The notes under the pieces: model-generated
What the model saw: only the letters and a program-made list of their open reading frames with translations
What the model was told of the DNA's origin: nothing
Database searches by the model: none
Made by a program: the position numbers and the translations under genes
Assembly (NCBI GenBank): GCA_022822215.1
Contig: JAJECD010000218.1
Location: 1-53,261, forward strand
Length of the DNA stretch: 53,261 bases
From: Candidatus Poribacteria bacterium
GTDB lineage: Bacteria; Poribacteria; WGA-4E; WGA-3G
Direction of reading: 5' to 3'
Shown: in pieces, positions 27,610 through 34,368 of the stretch
How positions within the stretch are numbered: position 1 is the stretch's first letter
Layout of the letters: each line of letters begins with the position of its first letter

Positions 27610-28792
27610 TCATAATTCTTTCATAGTGAATGTCGGCGTTAAATTCCGTTTCCATTTTGTCGCGACCGATGCGTCCCATTTCTGCAGCATCGTCTTTATG
27701 CTCGAACATCCACAGTAGCCGGTCTCGTAGTGTTTCTGGTTCACCCGATGGGACGAGAAATCCGTCAACGCCGTCTACGATGAGCTCTGGGATTCCACCG
27801 ATATCGGCACCGATGACGGGTTTACCGTAGGCATAAGATTCTAAGACGGACATTGGACAGTTTTCGTACCACTCTGAGGGTAGGACTGTGCAGATGCTGT
27901 TCCGAATAAGTTCGCGGAGTTCGTCGCCCTGCTTAAAGCCGAGCAGGTGGATATGTTTGCATCCGTTTTGTTCGATGATCTGTTGGACTTCTGACATCGC
28001 TTCACCATCACCAACGATATAGATCGGAAGGTCCGTAAGGGGGAGGGCTGCCTCTATAAGCGTCAGGATGCCTTTGCTCCGATGCACCCGTCCGAAATAG
28101 AGAATATAATTCCCTTCGGAGAAGTTCGGAGTGATGTCGGAGACATCGACGAAGTTGTGAACGGTCGAGATTTTATCTTCAGGCATACCGTGAGAAATCA
28201 TCTTTTTTCGGAGGAAATGGGAGACCGAGATGAAATGGTCAAACTTCTTAACGGCACCAAGCATCTTAGAGACGTAAGACTCGGTAACACTCAACGCCGT
28301 GCGAGCGAGTGAGCCTCTATTGCATCGCTTTGGAAGGGCGCGCCAAAAGTGTTTGCCTTCGCATGCCTCGCAGATCTGGTCGTTTGAGAGATGGCTGTAG
28401 ACGGGGCAGGTGAGCTTGTACTCGTGTAATGTCTGAATAAGCGGAATTCCGTCTCTTTTGAGGACTTCCAAGATTGAGGCGGTGAGTTTACCGTAATAGA
28501 TATGGAAGTGTGCGAGGTTGATGTCTGTGTCCTTTAACAGCTGTCGGATTGATTTAACAGCGTCATGTGAATACAAAAAACGGAGTAAGTCTCCTGCGCC
28601 GGGATGCTCGAAGTCCGCGCCTCTTGGGAAATAGTTTTCCCATTCAGACGGCTCGTTATTAGGACTGGCTGCTGTAAATGGGACAACTTGGTGTCCGTGC
28701 TTTCGTAACAGTTCAGCAAGGGTGAAGAAGTACCGGTCAGAACCACCACGGACATGGTAATTTTGTGAGACGTTCAGGATTGTACGTTTCAT
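27587..28792 (-). CDS. GT4 glycosyltransferase (group 1)
   Basis: GT-B fold features: ..GRVHRSKGILTLIEA.. and LPSEWYENCPMSVLESYAYGKPVIGADIGGIPELI (E(x)7E). Confidence 0.85.
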   Translation of the reverse strand: MKRTILNVSQNYHVRGGSDRYFFTLAELLRKHGHQVVPFTAASPNNEPSEWENYFPRGADFEHPGAGDLLRFLYSHDAVKSIRQLLKDTDINLAHFHIYYGKLTASILEVLKRDGIPLIQTLHEYKLTCPVYSHLSNDQICEACEGKHFWRALPKRCNRGSLARTALSVTESYVSKMLGAVKKFDHFISVSHFLRKKMISHGMPEDKISTVHNFVDVSDITPNFSEGNYILYFGRVHRSKGILTLIEAALPLTDLPIYIVGDGEAMSEVQQIIEQNGCKHIHLLGFKQGDELRELIRNSICTVLPSEWYENCPMSVLESYAYGKPVIGADIGGIPELIVDGVDGFLVPSGEPETLRDRLLWMFEHKDDAAEMGRIGRDKMETEFNADIHYERIMNVYQQFL

Positions 28793-28870
28793 CGGTAATG
28801 TCTCCTTTTAGGATTATAAGTTATAAGTTAAGAGATTTTCCGTTACTCTAAACCTCATAACCGATAACCA

Positions 28871-29809
28871 CTAATTACTATCTAACAGTGTTGGATATGG
28901 GAAACCTGCATCGGCAATTCGTTCGTCTATGAATGGTTCGTAATAGACGGTTCCAACTTGTTTGGTAATCAACTCTCGATCGGTGGCATCTATGATGACA
29001 TTGGCTATTTCTGTAGCGTCTGAATTGCCCCACCAATTGTTGCTCGCTGTCAGGTTGAACTTTACATTTAGCCGGAGTGCAAAGATGTTTGCATTCAGGT
29101 TGTTGTTTTGGATGATAGACTGGACATTTTCACAGAAGATGCCGATCTCATTTTTGGTGATATTGTTTTTTTCGATCTGCGGACGTGTTTGGCGACCGAT
29201 GGTTCTGATACCGGTGTTATTGTCAAGAATATCGTTATGTTGGATCTGCGCGTCGCTGCCATCTAAAGCGATGGCGATTTCGTTCAGACGCAGTGTGCAC
29301 TCCGTCACAGTCGGCGAGGTTGTTTTGATGTCCAGTGCGGTTGTGGCATACTCGATGACCGTGCCTCTGATGAAGCTTTCTAAGTCGTGTGTGTGATCGA
29401 AAAGGATACCGTTCCAATCCGCGGGTGCTGGTTTGATGTTCTCCGATGTGAGATGGACAAGTTGGGTTACTTCTTCTTGTGCTAACGGGGTTCCGACCTT
29501 TAGAATACCTCTCACTGTCAGTAGGGCATTTCGTCCAAATTTGACGGTGGTACCGGGCGAGATGTTCAGAGTTACATTCTGTGGAATCTCCAGCGTGCCC
29601 TTCACGATGTAGGTCTTTTCAGGTGTCCACGTTTCGTTTTCGGTGAGTTGATGGTTTTCAAGGACGACCTCGGTGCTTTCTGTTGGGTCTACGGGGTTGG
29701 TGGTATTTTCTGTTGTGCAGCCTATGCCTATGGTTAAGTTAAGGCAGAGGATTAGCAGGCAATGTCTTAAGTGTCGAATTTTCATTTTCGTGTGTACAGG
29801 TTTAATCAT
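28871..29809 (-). CDS. Lipoprotein with right-handed parallel beta-helix (PbH1/NosD-like) repeats
   Basis: Lipobox LTIGIGC. Repeated ..I.HNDILDNNTGIRT.., ..IEKNNITKNEIGIFCEN.., ..IIQNNNLNAN.. units. Confidence 0.65.
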   Translation of the reverse strand: MIKPVHTKMKIRHLRHCLLILCLNLTIGIGCTTENTTNPVDPTESTEVVLENHQLTENETWTPEKTYIVKGTLEIPQNVTLNISPGTTVKFGRNALLTVRGILKVGTPLAQEEVTQLVHLTSENIKPAPADWNGILFDHTHDLESFIRGTVIEYATTALDIKTTSPTVTECTLRLNEIAIALDGSDAQIQHNDILDNNTGIRTIGRQTRPQIEKNNITKNEIGIFCENVQSIIQNNNLNANIFALRLNVKFNLTASNNWWGNSDATEIANVIIDATDRELITKQVGTVYYEPFIDERIADAGFPYPTLLDSN

Positions 29810-30165
29810 ATCGTGATGTAGAATAAAACGCTATTTTGTAGGGTTTGTTGCAAATTGTGTGGATTTTCATTAATATTTCTGGATATGAGGAAACATTGTT
29901 CAGAATTTGTTGAATCGAACGAGTCTTCATATTCCGGTTTACCGTTTCGTTAGTATTCACGTTGTTCTTTAAAGGCTCGGTGCAGGAAATAGACTGTAGA
30001 GATGCCGAGACCGATGAGGATAAAGAGGATAACAATCGCGGTACCGAGGCGATTTTTGATTGCGTGTCAGTTTGGATTTCGGGACATCGCGGTAGGAAGA
30101 TGAGTCCTGTTTTTTCTTATCCAAGCTGTGTAAAATTTTGAGGTTGCTGCTGAGAGAGCGTTCGT

Positions 30166-31035
30166 TTACGAACCTGCTACAGGGATAAGGGATCCAATTT
30201 TCCTTTTCACGGGGCGCCCCTGTTTAATGAAGTTGACATCTTTAATTCCCATCGTATTTAACCAAGTAGTCCAATACGTTTTGATAATCTCAAAGTCTTG
30301 TAGGTAAGGAACGCCAGAACCTTTATCGTTCCGAAGAGCAATACCAGCCATTAAGAATTTCACATTGTAAGAGCTGAAATCACTTCCTATAGGCAATAAG
30401 CCTTCGTTTCCTTGTATTTTCTCTTTCCAATGCGGATCGTTCCGTAATTTGCTAACTTTCATAGATGTTCGTTTAGCACGTTTGGCTTTGATGTTTTTAT
30501 CAAAATCAAGGTAGCCGTCGGAAAGGCAGATGATAATATTCTGATAATCTTCAAAGAAGTAATCCTCTGCTTCATATTTAAACCATTCCCAGATGTCTGA
30601 ACCTGTTTGTTGGTGTTTATTAGCAAATTCGTATAATTTGGGAATTGTTTGTAGGACTGAATCCTTTTGCTCCATGAACTCCGGATAACTGCGTCCTGTT
30701 CCCGAGTCCTCAATCGTTAGTTTCTCCATGATCTGCCGTGGAATTGAAGGCGCTGTTGGCTGATTTGGAATAACAAAAGAGAGACGGTGTGGATATTGAA
30801 TGACTTCGCTTACTGCTAAATGAGCTTTAACAAGTTTGTCAAATTGGGTGACAACCTCTGTGATAATTTCGAGGTCCCTCGCTACTTGATCCGGATGTTT
30901 CGTTTCAGAAATACGATCTGACGTATCAATGACTACAATGACATTTACACCACCTTTAGATGAGGGGAAAGCCTCTCCATTTAATAAACAGAAAAGTACC
31001 ATCCATACAACTATAATTTTTTTTCCTTTTTGCAT
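30166..31035 (-). CDS. Exported VWA-like (Rossmannoid) protein, third gene of a three-gene operon
   Basis: Signal peptide MQKGKKIIVVWMVLFCLLNGEAF. VNVIVVIDTSDRISE and IIICLSDGYLDF resemble VWA strands beta1 and beta4. The MIDAS site is incomplete. No family recognised with confidence. Confidence 0.4.
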   Translation of the reverse strand: MQKGKKIIVVWMVLFCLLNGEAFPSSKGGVNVIVVIDTSDRISETKHPDQVARDLEIITEVVTQFDKLVKAHLAVSEVIQYPHRLSFVIPNQPTAPSIPRQIMEKLTIEDSGTGRSYPEFMEQKDSVLQTIPKLYEFANKHQQTGSDIWEWFKYEAEDYFFEDYQNIIICLSDGYLDFDKNIKAKRAKRTSMKVSKLRNDPHWKEKIQGNEGLLPIGSDFSSYNVKFLMAGIALRNDKGSGVPYLQDFEIIKTYWTTWLNTMGIKDVNFIKQGRPVKRKIGSLIPVAGS

Positions 31036-31046
31036 ATAAATCTCCG

Positions 31047-32600
31047 TTACGTTCTATTATCCGTGTATTTTTTAACCGTGTCGTCTTTTAAATCTTGGAT
31101 GTCTTGAATGTGTTCACGAACATCGGAAGGTAACTCAGCTTTACTTTGTGTAACATACCGACACCATCCGCTCACAAACTCATTTACTTGTGCTTCTAAT
31201 TTCTTTACGTCAACGATCTGTTTATCGAAAGAGTCTAATAAGTCGGCAATCTCGGTTTCGCACCGATTAATTTCCTTTTGAAAACTCTCTACTTTTTCAT
31301 TCTGTTCCTTAATCTGACTCAGCAAGCTTTCTCTTTCCGTGGTTAAGCGTGCAATTTCTGCCTGAATAGGTTGTTTATGATTATGTGTAAGGATTTCCAG
31401 CTCCTGTTTGGAAGATGTCTCAATGCTATTTTCGTAGTCCATTTTTTCCTGTACTAATTTACCGACCTTTCCTTTCAAATGCTCTATCTCAGTCGCTAAA
31501 ATAGCCTTCTGAACCATACGCTCATTCTGTTCTGTTCTTTTTATTTTATCCAAGTATTGAGCTTGGACTTCATCTTCGGGTGGGTTTGCTTTTTTCCACA
31601 TTTTTAAAACAAAATGTATGCCGAAACTAAGAAATACTGAAACGGCAAAGCCTAATAATAAAACCGAGAGAATTTCTAACCAATTATCCTGCCACAGATA
31701 CTCTCCTGACTCTAATCCTCTGGCCACTTTGCTTTCATATATATTCTGCGAAATCTTGTATGCAATGACTCCATCAAGTAGTAGAGTAGACAAACCCAAC
31801 CCTAAAACTCCGAACCACCACCAACCTCCGTTTTCTAAACAGAAGTGTATTAGAATTGCGAGCATCAAAAAAATTATGGGAAAGGCAAGGATAAACAAAT
31901 TTTTAGATTCCCACGCGTTAAACAAAGCGAAAGGATTAATGAATTCGTTTAACCTTTGTTCAACAGTTCCACTACCTGCTGTGAATGCTTTATCTCCTGC
32001 AGCACTATAAAAAATAAAAAGATAAAAAACCAGTCCAAAGAGTGCAATAGTGGCGAAACCAGCAAAAATATACTCAGGAATAGAGAAACGTGAAACTGAA
32101 GTTTTGTTAAGATTCGGTGGTTTTAACTCTGATTCAGTTGGTGCCTCCAAATCAGTTTCAAGACCGGCAAACGTTACCTGTTTTTCTTCTAATACTGTAG
32201 TCCGCTCATCAATTTTGTCTTTCAAGGCATCAAGGCGAGGATCCGGGGACGGAGGATCAGCAGCCATCGGAACCTCTAATTCCACCTGGAGTTTAACTAA
32301 CTCTGTGTCTTTCTCAGAAAGGTTTTCTTTTAATGTTTTGATGTCATCCAGTCTATCCAGTTTCTGTTGTTCAAGTCGTTCCTTGTCTACATTCAACCAC
32401 TCTATTTTCTCTTTGGTCTGTGAGTGGCTTATTCCACTTGTCAGTTCCTCATTACGGATAATAATATCAAGGTGGTTTTGTAATGTGTTTGTAACTCCTC
32501 TATTCGCCGCTGCACAAGCAAATCCATTATCAGCACTATGATAAGGCGTACCGTTGAAACCGAGATCTGCACCATTTCCATGGTTATCATTCATAAACAT
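31047..32600 (-). CDS. 517-aa membrane protein: coiled coil, 4 TM helices, coiled coil
   Basis: Heptad-rich charged N-terminal (~60-170) and C-terminal (~345-500) regions flank four hydrophobic helices (IFAGFATIALFGLVFYLFIFY; LFILAFPIIFLMLAILIHFCL; WWWFGVLGLGLSTLLLDGVIAY; ILSVLLLGFAVSVFLSFGIHFVL). Overlaps the upstream gene by 14 nt. Confidence 0.6.
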   Translation of the reverse strand: MFMNDNHGNGADLGFNGTPYHSADNGFACAAANRGVTNTLQNHLDIIIRNEELTSGISHSQTKEKIEWLNVDKERLEQQKLDRLDDIKTLKENLSEKDTELVKLQVELEVPMAADPPSPDPRLDALKDKIDERTTVLEEKQVTFAGLETDLEAPTESELKPPNLNKTSVSRFSIPEYIFAGFATIALFGLVFYLFIFYSAAGDKAFTAGSGTVEQRLNEFINPFALFNAWESKNLFILAFPIIFLMLAILIHFCLENGGWWWFGVLGLGLSTLLLDGVIAYKISQNIYESKVARGLESGEYLWQDNWLEILSVLLLGFAVSVFLSFGIHFVLKMWKKANPPEDEVQAQYLDKIKRTEQNERMVQKAILATEIEHLKGKVGKLVQEKMDYENSIETSSKQELEILTHNHKQPIQAEIARLTTERESLLSQIKEQNEKVESFQKEINRCETEIADLLDSFDKQIVDVKKLEAQVNEFVSGWCRYVTQSKAELPSDVREHIQDIQDLKDDTVKKYTDNRT

Positions 32601-32979
32601 TCCTCCTATTTGGGGCCGATGTTCTACGACTCACCCGATTTTCCACTGAGTCCGCCATTTTCTGGAAACGCGTTAGAAACTGTGATGTCCACTTCCGCCA
32701 ACCGGGAACCTCCAGTTCCTGTAGCAATTGATAAGCCTCCTCAGCTGGATACTCGAAAAATTCCCGGTTTTTGTTAACACGGTGCTGCTTCAGCTTTCTA
32801 TGCATTTCAACTTCAAGTTGCTCATGATTGTCACACGGAAACTCATACGCGACCTTGAACGGTTTTGGGACCCCTGTTTGATAGAGTTCATCTGCTCGTT
32901 CGCGTGCGGTTTTTGTAGTATGCCCGATCTTTATTAGGCCCGGCATGGCTTCATTCGTCAAGATATAGACACAACCCAT
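32587..32979 (-). CDS. T5orf172 / MUG113-type GIY-YIG-like domain protein
   Basis: GCVYILTNEAMPGLIKIGHTTKTARERADELYQTGVPKPFKVAYEF...EVEMHRKLKQHRVNKNREFFE matches the T5orf172 signature (YIL..IKIG.T....R..EL...GVP.PF.V...E..lH..l...R....EFF). Confidence 0.75.
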   Translation of the reverse strand: MGCVYILTNEAMPGLIKIGHTTKTARERADELYQTGVPKPFKVAYEFPCDNHEQLEVEMHRKLKQHRVNKNREFFEYPAEEAYQLLQELEVPGWRKWTSQFLTRFQKMADSVENRVSRRTSAPNRRNVYE

Positions 32980-33315
32980 AGTATTTCCTTAAAACTGAAA
33001 TTTGGACAATTTTATGCAAATACAAGCGGAATCAGGCAATTCGACGACTGAACTGCCCTACATATTACCTGCATAGATTTGGGGTTTTGGGATGCAGCAA
33101 CACCAAAAATGTCACACTGGGGGCACGGTAAAATACCTGTGTTCACCCGTCCGAAACTCAGGGACCGTGAGGATTTGTTGGCCCTTTTTACTTCGTTTTC
33201 TGGCAGTGCAGAAAAATGGAATTCCCGAAAACTGTAACATTTTAAGGGTTTAGGACTTACGCAAACTGTGTAAAATTGGATGTTTAGATGCAAAAAACAG
33301 CGTTTTTAACCTTCA

Positions 33316-33346
33316 AACCCCCTAAATCCCCACTTATCAGGGGGAC
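33316..33346. repeat. CCCCC-TTATCA-GGGGG palindromic mini-element (intergenic copy)
   Basis: aaccccctaaatccccacttatcagggggac. Compare 45349..45379, and a partial copy at 17583..17600. Confidence 0.7.
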
Positions 33347-33478
33347 TTTAAGAGAAGCTGTCTAAGTCAGAGGTTTTTTGTTGTTCCTTGGTATTTGCCG
33401 AAATTACGCGATAAAAATAGTCACAATAGGATTATAGCAAGAAAACAGAAATTTGTCAAATTATAGCGGATCTTAGGA

Positions 33479-34231
33479 TTAATTACGTCCTCCAGTTTGT
33501 AAACGGGCGAGTGCTTCTCGGAGTCGTGCGACTTCGGCTTCAGCGTTTTCGGCGCGTTGGGTTTCTTGTTGTGCACGGTTTTCAGCGTTCTCGGCACGGT
33601 TTTCAGCCAGTTCCGCACGGGCAACTGCTAACTCCGCGGGTGTCTGCAGCCATTCATCCAAAGCAGGATCGTAAATCCCTAAACCGACATCACTCACGTG
33701 GAAGTCTAAACCCAAAGCACTTGAGCGTAAACCGCCATCTGAACCCTCCGAAATCGGAGTATACGCACCATCAACCAATGTGAAACCCATCAGCGGTGAA
33801 GGTAGATACAAACCCTCCGCATCATATAAAAAGTAGTCTTGGATACCGAGTGAAGCGTAGAGTTCCATCTTGCGGCCCAAGTCGTTTTGATACGTGCTTT
33901 CGCTGGAAAACTCCATCGCAAAATCAGGCACCTTCCCTTCGTTCCAGACGAGATACGTCCGGCGGAGTTTCTTGCCTAAACCGAAAGCGACCAAGACATC
34001 AGGGGATACCGATTTACGCGGATCCCCCTTTACATAATACATCAATATATCACCGGAGACATAGACTTCCGGTCTGTCTTGGAAATATGCGTCGAGGACG
34101 TCTATCGTCCGCGTGAGGATACGTCTATGAAGGTCGCTGACTGCCATGGGTTTTCCATCCGAGTCTGGGTAAAGTTCCACGTCCTCTGTAGGTGCGTAAG
34201 CGACGAGGTCCTCTTTTGTATAGATTCCCAT
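33479..34231 (-). CDS. Uma2-family (DUF820) PD-(D/E)xK-like endonuclease with an Ala/Glu/Asn/Arg-rich repetitive C-terminal tail
   Basis: ELYPDSDGKPMAVSDLHRRIL...VYVSGDILMYY...SPDVLVAFG...VPDFAMEFSSEST...Y..LGIQDYFLYD. Tail: AELAENRAENAENRAQQETQRAENAEAEVARLREAL. Confidence 0.75.
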   Translation of the reverse strand: MGIYTKEDLVAYAPTEDVELYPDSDGKPMAVSDLHRRILTRTIDVLDAYFQDRPEVYVSGDILMYYVKGDPRKSVSPDVLVAFGLGKKLRRTYLVWNEGKVPDFAMEFSSESTYQNDLGRKMELYASLGIQDYFLYDAEGLYLPSPLMGFTLVDGAYTPISEGSDGGLRSSALGLDFHVSDVGLGIYDPALDEWLQTPAELAVARAELAENRAENAENRAQQETQRAENAEAEVARLREALARLQTGGRN

Positions 34232-34325
34232 GGAATTTCTCCTTTTCCATAAGATGCGTGAAAACAGGTGTTAAGTATTTGGTTCAGGTCTCCAGTATGT
34301 ATTAATTGTAGCAAAAATTAACGGG
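34228..34325 (-). repeat. Leader/promoter repeat, copy 1 (5' region of the Uma2 gene)
   Basis: Aligns with 38502..38597. 42-nt core ctccttttccataagaYgYgtgaaaacaggtgttaagtattt has 2 mismatches. The repeat includes the RBS and ATG. Confidence 0.8.
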
Positions 34326-34368
34326 TCTGTCAAAGGGTTTCTTTTCGCAGTCAGCGTTGTTCAGATGC

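Noticed and set aside
29950-30087. A small minus-strand ORF, MSRNPN-TGA-HAIKNRLGTAIVILFILIGLGISTVYFLHRAFKEQREY*, with an in-frame TGA and one clear TM helix. I considered it as a possible second selenoprotein.
   Set aside because: It has no Shine-Dalgarno sequence before the ATG, no Cys/redox motif around the TGA and no convincing hairpin after it. The part after the TGA has no start codon. More likely a gene remnant or chance ORF, although the TM-helix-like segment is striking.
30116-30145. A ~29-nt imperfect direct repeat (CTTAnnCAAnCTGTGTAAAATTnGAnGTT) at 30116..30145 and 33256..33285 flanks the three-gene operon. I considered it as att-like target duplication of a mobile cassette.
   Set aside because: The exact core is only 12 nt, and dozens of 12-mer coincidences are expected by chance in a 53-kb window. 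No integrase or transposase is associated. The core also resembles the hen1 operator half-site, so a regulatory explanation is equally plausible. It is reported only as part of the motif finding.
30166-31035. Calling the third operon gene a canonical von Willebrand A protein with a functional MIDAS site.
   Set aside because: The DxSxS motif is not intact: the sequence is D-T-S-D-R. I recognise only two strand-like motifs, so the call is kept as 'VWA-like' with low confidence.
33012-33293. A 93-aa minus-strand ORF containing CPQC, in the long gap upstream of the T5orf172 operon.
   Set aside because: It has no RBS and no recognisable fold signature, and it overlaps repeat and motif elements. 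The region is treated as non-coding.
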